The notes below the pieces were generated by a model. It ran no database searches. It was given only the letters and a program-made list of their open reading frames with translations, and was not told the DNA's origin. A stretch of DNA of 64,000 nt from Utricularia gibba (lineage: Eukaryota > Plantae > Magnoliophyta), in the NCBI GenBank assembly GCA_002189035.1, contig NEEC01000014.1:2108001-2172000 (forward strand), given 5' to 3'. Positions within the stretch are counted from its first letter, which is position 1. Every line of letters starts with the position of its first letter. Both the position numbers and the translations under genes were made by a program. Below are positions 40,308 through 52,022 of this stretch, one piece after another.

Positions 40308-43300
40308 ATGCCGAAGCACTACCGGCCAGCTGTGAGTCTCTGATTACTTGAACTTCGAAGGTGTTTTCGTAGCTTAGGATGTTGATCGAATGTTGCAATG
40401 ATCTGTGAACCTTGAATTGCTGTTTGCAGGGGAAGAAGAAGGAAGGGAATGTGGCGAAGTACGTGACAAGGTCTCAAGCTGTGAAAAGCCTTCAAGTCAG
40501 CCTTCCTGTTTTCAGGTATTAATGGTGTTAGATTTGAGTTTAAGCTCACGCATGTGTTAATGCCTTATGTTTTATGTAGGTTTCTGTGTTTAAAGAATTT
40601 TAGGATGATTCACTTGTGCAAAAACGCCGTTTGTTTTACTTTTTTTATTTTCAGGAAACTATGCATCCTCAAAGGTGTTTTCCCTCGGGAACCAAGGAAG
40701 AAGGTGAAGGGAAACCATCATTCTTATTACCACACGAAAGATATTCTCTTCCTAAAGCATGAGCCGTTACTCGAGAAACTCCGGGACATTCGTTCTTATG
40801 ACAAGAAGATTAAGAAGGCTGTGTCGAAAAAGAATAGGGATCTTGCTGAGCGTCTGTTGACGCGGAAACCGAGTTACACTCTTGAAAGGATGATAAGAGA
40901 AAGGTCAGTATCTTTGTCTTATGATCGTTTGTAATATTTTTTCTGTTATCAGCTTTTTTGCAGTGATACTTTTTCTAATTCTGTTGGTGCCTATTATTAG
41001 GTATCCGAAATTCGTTGATGCACTGAGGGATCTGGATGACTGTCTTAGTCTGGTTCATCTTTTTGCTGCTTTGCCCGCTGTAGATAGCACTGCAAATGGA
41101 GAAAAAATTCCTGTTACGCGTGTTCATAATTGCAGAAGGTCTCTCATCATTAATTTAGTTTTGAGATTTGAGATGTTGGTTCTTTATCATTCACAGTAGA
41201 GTTGAGATAATCTGCTCATTTTTCTGACTCATTTGTTTTTGGTGATACATATAGGTTGAGCTATGAGTGGCAGGCTTACATTTCTCGCGCACATAAGTTA
41301 AGGAAGACATTTATTTCAGTAAAAGGAATATACTATCAGGTGTGTGGCACCCATACCTTGTGACTTTTTGTTGACATTTTTGCACCATTGGTTTTTCTAG
41401 TCCACGAACATTGGCTTTATAAGTGTACGTGTTTGGTGGTTTGACCCCATTTGGGTACTTCTATTAAGAGCTTGAGTGTAGACATGCTGAAGGACTGACA
41501 ATTACACAGGTTAGAATCCCCTTGGGGTCTAATTTATGTGCATTTTTTTTTCAGGCGGTAGTTGAGGGACAGACAATTACCTGGTTAACTCCGCACGCCT
41601 TGCAGCAAGTACTTTCGGAAGTTGATTACAGAATCCTGTTAACATTTTTAGAATTTTACGAGGTTAATTTTTATATGAACCCCGTATTGATTCGTGAACT
41701 ATGTTATCTTTAAGATTCCCACTACCCTTGTGTTTGCTTTTCCAGGTTGTAATGTAATTTTCATGGCTTAATATCTGTATTTGCAGGCTCTTCTTGGTTT
41801 TGTTAATTTCAAACTTTATCACTCAATAGATGTGAAGTATCCACCTATTCTTGATCCTCAGTTGGAGGCTCTAGCAGCAGGTATTTTGTCTTGTGCATGC
41901 ACTAGTTGCAGTTCACAGCCGAGGCCTTCTTAGGATGGAAGCATGGGAATTCTAATAAGTAAACACCGCCTTTGAAATATTGCAGATTTGTATGCCTTGA
42001 CAAGGTATTTTGATGCACGATCTGCGCCTCTTGCATCCCTCACTTCAGGCAGTGATCGAATGGATTTTCAACTGCTTTCTTCTAATGAGCTTGGTTCCCT
42101 AGTCCAACGAAGTGAAGGAACCAATGAAGATGAAGAAGATGAGGAGACAAGAGAGTGTAAAAACCTCTTCAAAAACATGATTTTTTTCCTAAGCCCGGAG
42201 GTGAGGTTCTAGAATTCTTGAATAAAATTTTTACTCAAAATATTACACGAACATCTTATAGGGTAACACACTAACATCCTCATCTCAGGTCCCTAGGGAA
42301 TCCTTGCTCTTTGTTATTTCTGCCTTTGGTGGGAGGGTTTCATGGGAAGGTGAGGGAGCACCGTTTGATGAGTCTGATCAGAGCATCTCTTATCAGGTCA
42401 GTTAATAGTGGTGAATAAATTCACCCACGGCGTTAACTAGCAAATCTGTCTTGCTTTTTAGATATACTGCATTGACATTCATATTTTTTTCCAGGTTGTT
42501 GATAGGCCAACTTTAGGCAGAAAATTCTTAACCAGAGAATACATCCAGCCGCAATGGGTTTTCGACTGCGTGAATGCCCGAATTATACTCCCAACAGACA
42601 AGTACATGGTGGGTTGGTAAGTTCAGTGGACCTCTTAAACATTCTTTCATCAGCTCTTCACCTGTTCTGCTTCCCTGACGAAGTATATGCTCACTCTCAG
42701 TGTTTGTCCGCCACACTTGTCTCCGTTTGTTGACAATGAGGCTGAAGGCCATGTCCCTGAATATGCGGAAGCCATTGAGCGACTCAAAGCTGCTCAAAGA
42801 AAGGAAGTCCTGCCTCTTCCTGGAAGTGTTAAGGAAGACTTTGATGACCCTCAGAGTCTAGCAGGAATTGCCGATCGTGCCGAAGCTATTGAAGTTGCGA
42901 AGAAGAAAAAAGAGGTAAGCGTGACTGTGTTCTCCTTGATACCTAGCAGGATTTAGATGTCTCCACTGCTGTTTTTGCACGCATCCAACTTGCCTTCATC
43001 ATTAATGCTTTCCTCCATTGAAGATGGCATTGCGGGAGAAGCAGTATTTCGATGAACTGAGAAAGGAAGTCCAGGGATACCAGATTGCTGACATTGCCCT
43101 TGATAATGAGCTGCCAACCCAAGCCGAAGAAGATCGTCTTGACCAGGATCTCAGACAACTCGAAGAAGATGAATCCAGTAGGGCAGAAGTTGTGATGGGA
43201 CGCAAGCGCAGAAATATCCTAAAAGCCATGAAGGTAAATATCACTTGTTAAAAGAAGTTTATACCATCTGCGATTGATTTCTTCCCCGTCCTTTCGCTGT

Positions 43301-43391
43301 TATGTAGATTGGCATCCAGAAAAAGAAGGATGCCACTCAACGGCTGAAGAAGCGGCAAAAACAAATCAAAGAATCCCAAGCGTTGGACTGA
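40308..43391 (+). CDS. PES: Pescadillo (PES1/Nop7) ribosome-biogenesis protein
   Basis: MPKHYRPA|[34 protein letters not shown], a BRCT-region [13 protein letters not shown], and [11 protein letters not shown]. About 13 exons, stop at 43389-43391. Confidence 0.93.
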
Positions 43392-44086
43392 GCGACGATT
43401 CAGGGACAGACAAGCTGGTAAAGAAGCTTGTATTTTTGAGGTGCAGCTACTACAATTCTGTTTTATTACGTTGTATTCGTATTGCTTCGATTCCTCCTTA
43501 AGAAATTAAAAAAAATATATATGTATACGTCGTATTAACGTACATACGCCTCCAAGTTGTGAAGGTGTTAGGCTGCATTCCTTTCGTATCACCCACACGG
43601 TCATGCTGTGTTTGCCCGTGCTTCATTCAGGACGCAACTGCCTCCATCGGGAAGCAAAACGCTATCAGATTCTGTGGGCTCCTTCAGCATGCTCATGGCA
43701 GCATAACCTAACCCTCAAGCCATTTGTTTCTCCGTACAACTTTCGGGCTCGTTACAAGGCATACGACTTTTTTGGAATTGGGCGATGGGATTAAGATAAA
43801 AAGAATTTGATTTATTTGAGTTTAGATACAGATGATTTAAAGATATTGATTTTTGTGGTCAGTAGTTGATAGAAAGTATTCAGTTAATAGAATTAAAATT
43901 ATATTATATACCATATGTTTAGGATATATAGGTAAAAGAATATTGATAAAAAAAAAAGAATAAAGAGTAACTAATCAAATCTCATCCCTCGATATTGAAT
44001 TTATTTAAACATTCAAAATAAATGTGTTATAATATATGTTTTTTTATTTTAAATCATTTTAATCTTGTCAACCAAATATACCTTGA

Positions 44087-44339
44087 TTTCTTGTTTGATT
44101 GGTTGATTTAAATTTTAATGGGTTTAGATTATTTGGGTTTATCTAAATCCAAATATGTATGGGTATAAAAATATCCATACCTCCCCTTGTGTGTACATAT
44201 ACTCATATATGAGGGTATTATGTGGGTATAATCATCATTATATCTATATATAAGGATATAATTATAATTAAATACCAAACAACACAATTTTATTAAATCT
44301 ATCATAAACCAATCTTATAACTTCATATCAAACAAGGCC
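44087..44339. mobile_element. Possible Tourist/PIF-like MITE
   Basis: CTTGTTTGA (44090-44098) is inverted to TCAAACAAG (44328-44336). The right end CAAACAAGGCC is followed by TAA. The left end is degenerate. Confidence 0.4.
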
Positions 44340-44517
44340 TAAAGGACTTCATCTCTCATAAGCTCGTCAATAGGCATAAAATATATAAGGATATAATTAT
44401 AATTAAATACCAAACAACACAATTTTATTAAATCTATCATAAACCAATCTTATAACTTCATATCAAACAAGGCCTAAAGGACTTCATCTCTCATAAGCTC
44501 GTCAATAGGCATAAAAT
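44246..44517. repeat. Perfect 135-bp tandem duplication
   Basis: The unit ATATATAAGGATATAATT...GTCAATAGGCATAAA repeats exactly with a period of 135. Confidence 0.92.
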
Positions 44518-45052
44518 CCCACCACATTTGCATACCAGACGAGTCCATTTTACACCCAAGTTATGAGTTCACGAAAGGGCATAAAACCCTACCCTTGTAT
44601 TTGTGTAGCGTTTATGCTAGTACTTAATACCCCAACATGCTCCCAGAACATAGCATGTGAAGCATGAGCTTTGCATCTTTACGTGTACCTACAGACTGTA
44701 CGTAATGAATGAAAGCCAACTCTCCCTGGAAAACTACTTGCTTTCGATTTAGCTAACCAGATTTAATGTACAGGTGCCATGTCCCAATGCTCGGACACAG
44801 GGCAGGTTCTTTGCACTTGCCGCTCTCCTTCATACAAAAGATTAACATCAGACACATGACGTGCTGTTTCTGCTAAAGTAGATTCATATATCATTAATTT
44901 CTTGGATGATGCAACTTGCCCCGCATGTGTATATATATATAGCCTCTTGTTGAATGTCGAGCAACGAATCTTCACAGCAACTTCTGAACATCCCTTCGAA
45001 GTTTCTGCTACTTCCTTTGTTCCTACGTCTGCCCCACAACTTGTTTGGATAA

Positions 45053-45331
45053 ATGGTTATCGGGAAGATCATCAAACGTTCACTTTCTTTGGATAAAAGA
45101 GGAGTTTCTCCGGTGGATGAAGTTAGAAAAGGGCATTTTGCAGTGTATGTTGGTGAGAGTGAGAAGGAAAGGAAGAGATTTGTGGTTCCTGTGTCCTACT
45201 TGAAGCATCCGTCTTTCCAGGAATTGCTGCTTCTGGCAGAGGAAGAGTTCGGGTTCCATCATGGGAACGGTGCACTCACCATTCCGTGTAGCGAGATCGT
45301 CTTCTTGGACATGATCTCTCGTTTCAGATGA
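45053..45331 (+). CDS. SAUR auxin-responsive protein
   Basis: [41 protein letters not shown]...LTIPC; no introns. Confidence 0.93.
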   Translation: MVIGKIIKRSLSLDKRGVSPVDEVRKGHFAVYVGESEKERKRFVVPVSYLKHPSFQELLLLAEEEFGFHHGNGALTIPCSEIVFLDMISRFR

Positions 45332-45402
45332 TGAAAGTGTAGTTGAAACGTAATAGCAGCAACTATTGTGTATGCAGTAAAGAACTAATTTTTGGTACTT
45401 GA

Positions 45403-45413
45403 ATAGATTTGTA
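45403..45413 (+). promoter_or_regulatory. DST-like mRNA instability core in the SAUR 3' UTR
   Basis: ATAGATTTGTA about 70 nt after the stop; it contains the ATAGAT and GTA cores of the SAUR DST element. Confidence 0.5.
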
Positions 45414-46217
45414 TCCATTGTTGCTTGAGCATTTTTGTATAAATTTGTGTTGGAGTAAAATCTATCTGAACCATATTCTCATTAGATAAAGATCAATAAC
45501 ACTGAAGCACAAGGAGCAAACAATTACCTACTTGTATGCTTGAAGAGATGTACCCTACAACCAGATGAGGCATGAGAAACAAACGTACTTAGCCTAAAAA
45601 AAAAAGGTATACTAAGCCAGAAATCGTTAACTGGAGAAAAAAAATCCATCACATTCATCTTCCCTTTCATTCAGTTTGATCTGCACAAGTTCCTCTTCTT
45701 TCAAGTGCATTCATCATTGGATTTTGCATCAAGTTTCAATTGCATTTTCTTATGAAATAGTAGTAGAGAAACTTCCCAACAATTCTTATCTCAATACTGT
45801 TTATTCTACTGTAGAGGACAAGAAGCCATGTTCTGATTCTTCAACATGTTTAGGCACTGAATTGACTGGAATGTTTCTTTCACACTTGTGATGTTTGAAT
45901 GTCTGTGACGTGCCTTTGCTGAACCCCCACTGAAGTTCAACAACATGTATTGACGTTGTTTAGCACAAGGCCCTACTCCTTAACGTACCAGCCAGCACAA
46001 TCATGATCACTGTAGTAGATAGAATTCATGACAGATCACCAACACAAGGCTCCCATGTGCTCCTGTAACCTCAAAAAACTCTCAGCTGTTGTGGATTATA
46101 AATAAATTCTGGGATCTTACTTCGTTCTCACAACCAGCAACAACAAAAACTTGAGAGAAACATCATTCTCGCAATCCTCTTCATCTTTCCCACTTCAATT
46201 CCACGAGAGAAAAAGCC

Positions 46218-46495
46218 ATGGCGATTCGACAGATGTTAAGAAGATCTCTTTCGGGTGAAAGGAGATCGATTTCTGCTCTAACTGCAGTCCCAAAGGGCAT
46301 CTCGCTGTGTATGTCGGTCATGGTGAAAAAAAGCGGTTCGTGATACCTGTGTCGTGCTTGAACAGCCCATTGTTTCAAGAACTGCTGTCTATGGCTGAAG
46401 AAGAATTCGGATTTCAACATCCGATGGGCGGGCTCACGATCCCCTGCGAAGAAGATTTCTTCTTGGAGGTCGTTTCACGAGTTTCATATGGGTAG
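46218..46495 (+). pseudogene. SAUR with a 1-nt deletion (pseudogene or assembly error)
   Basis: ATG at 46218 ([17 protein letters not shown]). AAGGGCATCTC here versus AAGGGACACCTC (KGHL) in the paralog shifts the frame. The rest of the SAUR domain is intact in the shifted frame. Confidence 0.8.
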
Positions 46496-47925
46496 ATTTG
46501 AATCCAACTGGGAAACCTAGTGTCCTCCATACCCTCGCTTGGATTTGATTCAGTTGCCGAAAGGATGAAGACGGCCGCTCGACGACCCATTAGAGTAGTA
46601 GTAGGACTGTAGGAGTTAACTGTGAAAATTCACTGGCTCTTGTAATTCGTCTAACGCATCATTTGTTCAAGAAGTTGTCAATGATCAATATTCTCTCAAG
46701 TAGAAAAGCTCGTCATCTGCTTTAATGATCCAAATCAAAATGCTGCATTCCAAGATGCCCATAAGGAATTTGGAATCACACTCAAAGTTGCAACAGGTTC
46801 CACTCCACAGCCGGGAACAAACTTCATTGAAGTCAGTTTTCACAAGCTATTTGAGAGAACCAGTGCCTCAACTCAAGTTTCTGGTGGTATACTCATGAAA
46901 AACGGCCAACCCCATGAAAATACTACTCAGAATCAACTTCGCAATCGCTATAGAGTTGGCTCTAGAATTGAATTTAGTGTCTTACTTTAAGGGCGAAACG
47001 CCGAATTATCTTCTGAACAGAGCGCTGAAGGATCATTACTTTTCATCCATAGAGGCTCAGGTGATGTCTGTAATATCTTCGAAGCCCGCAAATTTGCATT
47101 TACATTAGCAATACTGGCTTCTGTACAAGGGCCGGGTTTCTGCTTTTGACTAGAGGCACCTTGTTTGCACTTGGTACCCTGTTTCACTAAAATGATTAGA
47201 AACATAAACACGTGACATGTTATCTCTGGTACGCCTAACCGATATGGCATTGAATTGTCGCATGAACTTGTAAACAAAAAGCTAATTTTAATGCGCGAAG
47301 AACAGATGTATCCAAAAAATGAACTGGATCAAAACGAAGCACTTCATTCAACACACACGGTGGCCCAATCCGCCTCTACACATGAGAAAGGAATAGCTAA
47401 GACACAAAAAAAGGGGATGGATAGTAAGCCAAGCCGAGTCACTAAGCCATGACACAGAATATCCAGTATTTCATTTATTTAAATAATTTGTTCATAAACT
47501 CCATTTCCGTCACCTATTGACACACTGTCGAGGACAACGAAGCCATGTGCAGAATCTTCAACATGTTTGGGATCGGAAATGATTGAGATGTTCACTACAA
47601 ACATGTATTGCTTAATGTCTGTGACGTGCATTAAGCCCCACTGACATTCAACAAGAAGCTGTGATGTTCCAACGAATAAATTGAAACAAGGCCCTACTCC
47701 CTAACATACCAGCCAGCACAAGTCATGATCAGTGCCCAAGATAAACATTCATGACAGATCACCCACATGTGGATCTCCATCTCTGATCAGATTTTCCAAT
47801 CTTTAAGATCTCCATCTTGTGGAATATAAATACACCTTGGTATCATACTTTGATCTCACAACGAGTAGCAATCCTCCTCCATTCCCTCACCAAGTTTCCG
47901 ACTTCCCCAACCTCTACAAAAATCA

Positions 47926-48198
47926 ATGGCGATTCGTCACATGCTAAAGCGATCTCTTTCCGGTGAAAGGAGATCAATTTCATCGGGAAAGGAAGTCCCA
48001 AAGGGACACCTCGCCGTGCACGTGGGTGAGGGTGAAAAGAAGCGGTTCGTTATACCTGTGTCGTGCTTGAACAGCCCCTTGTTCCAAGAATTGCTGTCTC
48101 TGGCTGAAGAAGAATTCGGATTCCAACATCCGATGGGTGGTCTCACCATCCCTTGCAACGAAGATTACTTCTTGGAGATCGTATCTCGGCTCATGTAA
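47926..48198 (+). CDS. SAUR auxin-responsive protein, tandem paralog of 46218
   Basis: [53 protein letters not shown]. Confidence 0.93.
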   Translation: MAIRHMLKRSLSGERRSISSGKEVPKGHLAVHVGEGEKKRFVIPVSCLNSPLFQELLSLAEEEFGFQHPMGGLTIPCNEDYFLEIVSRLM

Positions 48199-48640
48199 TG
48201 AGGAACATGCCAGCGAAACACCCATGGCCGATTGTTGAGAGGATGACAACCACAGTTGGCCACGCAGCTCGGCAGATTGAATGCAATGGGAACCCTAATT
48301 CCAATTTAGTCACCGAATCAAACGGTGCCCACAATGAAGCCGCGGGTCGACTCCGAAATCGGAATTACTCCGATATCAAATTGTGAAATATTACTAACAG
48401 GCTCTTGTAAATTGACTGATTATGAAATTTCACACAAAAAGCATCTTTCTGGTTTTTCAAAAAAGCCTCCACGTTTACTCATATTTGCTCGCCAACCCAA
48501 CGCATTGCCACTTGCGGGGAAAAGAAGCAGCGTTGATTAATCTAGTTTTAAAATCTAAAATAAATAAAATTATTTTCAAATGTCATGTGCAGATTCTTCA
48601 ATACGTTTTAAAAGAAATTAATAAACTTAGGGAAAAAAAC

Positions 48641-48724
48641 TGTCAGAAGTGGGATTTGAACCCACGCTCACTCACGTGAACCAGAACTTGAGTCTGGCGC
48701 CTTAGACCACTCGGCCATCCTGAC
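48641..48724 (-). tRNA. tRNA-Leu(CAA)
   Basis: GTCAGGATGGCCGAGTGGTCTAAGGCGCCAGACTCAAGTTCTGG...GGTTCAAATCCCACTTCTGACA. A and B boxes, anticodon CAA, long variable arm, T-run terminator immediately downstream. Confidence 0.97.
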
Positions 48725-48806
48725 CCGATGTGCAATGGATGACGAAAAGTTTTTACTCAATCTACAACAGCGCTCATAAAATCAAATCTTCTTCCATCGA
48801 AAGCTA

Positions 48807-50508
48807 TCATTTTGGATCATTGGTCGCTGATGCACTTCCATTGGATACTTGAGGATGTTGTTGGTTACGGTGCCGAGCCTCCTGTTGGATGCTCATTTGA
48901 CTTGGTTGATGTTCTTGTCGCAAGTGGGTTGCCCGAAGGTTCATCAGGTGGAACTCCGAGCCCTCTTCTGTTACTTCCATCGTCTCGAACTTCAGTCGTT
49001 GCACTTCTGTTGTCAGTGCACTCTGAAGCGCTGCCATAGAAAACTAATTTTCAGTAAAGATAGAGACATCACGTACGATAATTGAAGCACTGAGAATCCA
49101 TGCCATCCTGGAGTTGAGCTTGCTGCTCAATGGTCTGCAACCGGAACTCGAGCTCATTGTTATGGTTTGACAACTCAGTTGTTTCTCTCTGAGGGAGCAA
49201 ACAAAAAAGAAAAAGACAAAAGCACACTTTTAGTTAATGATTCTTAATTTTTATTGAAAATATGACAAGATTCTTTAGCATAACTCCCTTACTTGAAGCA
49301 CAGTAAGTTGAGCACACAAGGATGTCGATTCAGCTTGTAGTGTTCTGACTTTGTCTTCCAAATCAGCCTTGTACCGCATCTTTCGATCTTTGGAACGAGC
49401 TGCCGATTGCCGGTTCGCCATGATCCTGCATCACAGAGAAGGAAACTTAGTTCATTTTTTTCTCTTCATAGAGAAAGAAACCAGATCTAGAAACATCATG
49501 ACATTAGCACCTAGTAGCCTTCTTGGGATCTCTTGATGCTATCTCAGTAGATTTTTCAGTCGCCATAGTCTTCTTCAAATGGTTTTCTGCAAACTCACTG
49601 CCACCAAACTCCAAGCCCAAGCCACTCCCATTTGCATCTACTAAATTTGCTGCTTGAGGCAGAACCATTTGGAGAGACTCTTCACCAGAATATCTCTGGC
49701 TTTCATCTACTGATAAGCTCTTGTGATGTGTAAACTTAGGAAGAATGTCTAACTTACTTTTTATCCCTTCACTTATCTTCATGCTGCTTTTACTACCAAT
49801 AGTTTCATCATTTTCGCTGGAGTTGCCTCCATTTGTCTTAATATCACTTTCCATATCTTCTTCTTTCCCCTTCACAAAATTCTCAGAGAAGTTGTTTGGA
49901 TTAATGTTTTCATTATCCATATATGCAGTGATGAGGCCTTCATCATGCCACCCTTCAGCCCTTTCCTCTGCCACTCCCTGATATAAACCACTCTGAAGCA
50001 ATAAACTAGTACCCGAACTCCCTCCAACAAGAAAAGTCTTATCTATCTGGCAGGTACTCGTCATTGGGTTCATTGATAAAGCTTGCATTTCAGTCGTGTA
50101 CCTATTGAATGTAAAGAAGTTCGAGTCTTTGTCGTAAACTTTACAGTGTGCAGCAAGTTGGCATCGAGGATCGGTGAAGCCAGTCGCCGACGCGTCGCCG
50201 GACAAAGGAAACAACAAAGGGTGAGAGCTTCCATTTATTTCCTCAATGGAAGCATCACCAAATAACTTGTCTGAAGGGGGCAAAACAAGATTCAGGCTTC
50301 CGAACGCTGGTGTAGATGAATGAGGATGCGGAACACCAGAACCATTGGTTTTTGCATTTGTTTCAGCAGCCAACTGCGAGTGAAGTTGATTGCGAATATT
50401 TACTAACGAATCCTGCTGCTGCTGTTGTTGCTTAAGAAGCCCTGATGATGAAGAAGCACCGGTGCTGGCTTGTCCCTCACTATCCCCATATCCAGGCATT
50501 TCATTCAT
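48807..50508 (-). CDS. Group I bZIP transcription factor (bZIP29/30, VIP1/RF2-like), diverged
   Basis: Long exon 1 ending DPKKATR, then [26 protein letters not shown]...[26 protein letters not shown], and [14 protein letters not shown]. The group-I Lys is present in the basic region. Confidence 0.88.
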
Positions 50509-51419
50509 CTGTAAAGTAAAACTCCCCCACTCGAAACAGACGACAAAACAGAGTTTTGCCCATCAGGGCGTCTGTTTAAAAAGTACCCCAAAACATGGTT
50601 GGACTGGAGAAATCCCAGAACTTCCGGGGTCGATTTCCAATTCAGGAATACGCAAGAGATCTACCTGTAGGGATAAAAACACACTACGACTTAAATGGTG
50701 TCCAAATTCTGGGTAACCACTTACTGGATTTGGACTCTGAACCTGTCTAAAAACGCCCCATGAAAGAGGGCACAGCAAGACGACACAGAGCGCACTCTTA
50801 CTAATCGTTTCTGTAACTCCCGAGCATTGTTCCAGTCACGGAACTGGCCGGCGTCCTGCGTTTATTTTTTTACTCGTTTCTCATTTATTCGTTTATTACC
50901 GAATATTTCATTCACGTTGTATGCATGGGGACCTTCCGGTTTTTTTTTGTGGCGCTATAAATGCATGGGTATATTTAAGAGCGGCTGCTCTTAAAGTGTA
51001 AAAAGAGGCATTTACACTTTTTTTTTATTACGCCTTCTCTTTTTAGCAAGAGATTATGAGTAATTAATCCAGATATTCATTTATAAGTTTATTCATAATT
51101 TTTAAATTAGTAATTCACATTAAATGTATATCCTACAAGGAATGAATGAATACCCACTCTAGTTCTTGTGATACATGATTCATTATTTTATAACTCATTT
51201 CATTATATTGAATATTAATTAAGTAATAAAAGCTAAAAAATGCTTGTACTTTCTTGTATAAGAACATGGATGAATTTTTTGTATTTAAAAATTAGAATTG
51301 AATTATGATTGAACATTTTTAGATTATGAATCATTTATTATGAGAGTTAAGTTAAATTAGATTGAGACATGATATGATTGACACACTTTGGACAATAACG
51401 TATTCATAAAATGGTTTAA

Positions 51420-52022
51420 AATATGGCGTCTTCAAAGGAGTTTTGAAACAGTATGCTATAAACAACTTTAATCATCATGTCAAAATGAAAGTACCAAATC
51501 ATATCGTTTCAATCATCTTGGCCACTTTTATGCTATCATTGAAGTCTAACATAAAGTCATCTTTTGACCACCAATCCATCATCTGATGACCATCCTTTCA
51601 TGACTCAACTAGATTGGTTTGAAAGAGCTTTAAAATGATACATTATGGAAAGTATGAATCATCACGGTTTGGAAAATATCATGTTCAAAACGAATGGTGT
51701 GCGAAGACACCATTTGCTCTAGAAACCTCCCTCGGGTCCGAACACCTCTAAGGCAGTGCACATGATAGCATTAGAAACACAAAATTTAATGTCATTCTAT
51801 CATATTTACGTGTTCTGTAAACTAAAAATCACCTTTCATGTCCAAATGAGAGTCTAGAATCATATCGTCTAGATTGTCCTGACCACTTTGTATTAACTTG
51901 AAGGTTAATATAAGGCCATCTTTCAAGTACGAAACCCTCATCAAACAATGCCATTTCATGGTTCAACTTGACCAGCTTTGAATAATCTTCACAATGGTAT
52001 GTTGTGAATAGTGTAAATCATC
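51420..52022. repeat. Left part of a ~350-bp diverged tandem repeat array
   Basis: Unit motif TTTGGAAAATATCATGTT at 51668, plus CACCATTTG, TATCATATTTACGTGTTCT and CCAAATGAGA, all shared with the units at 59.1-60.1 kb. Confidence 0.7.

Noticed and set aside
46760-46850. Defensin-like string CSRLWSGTCCNFEC on the minus strand
   Set aside because: No signal peptide or start codon, and the cysteine pattern is incomplete.
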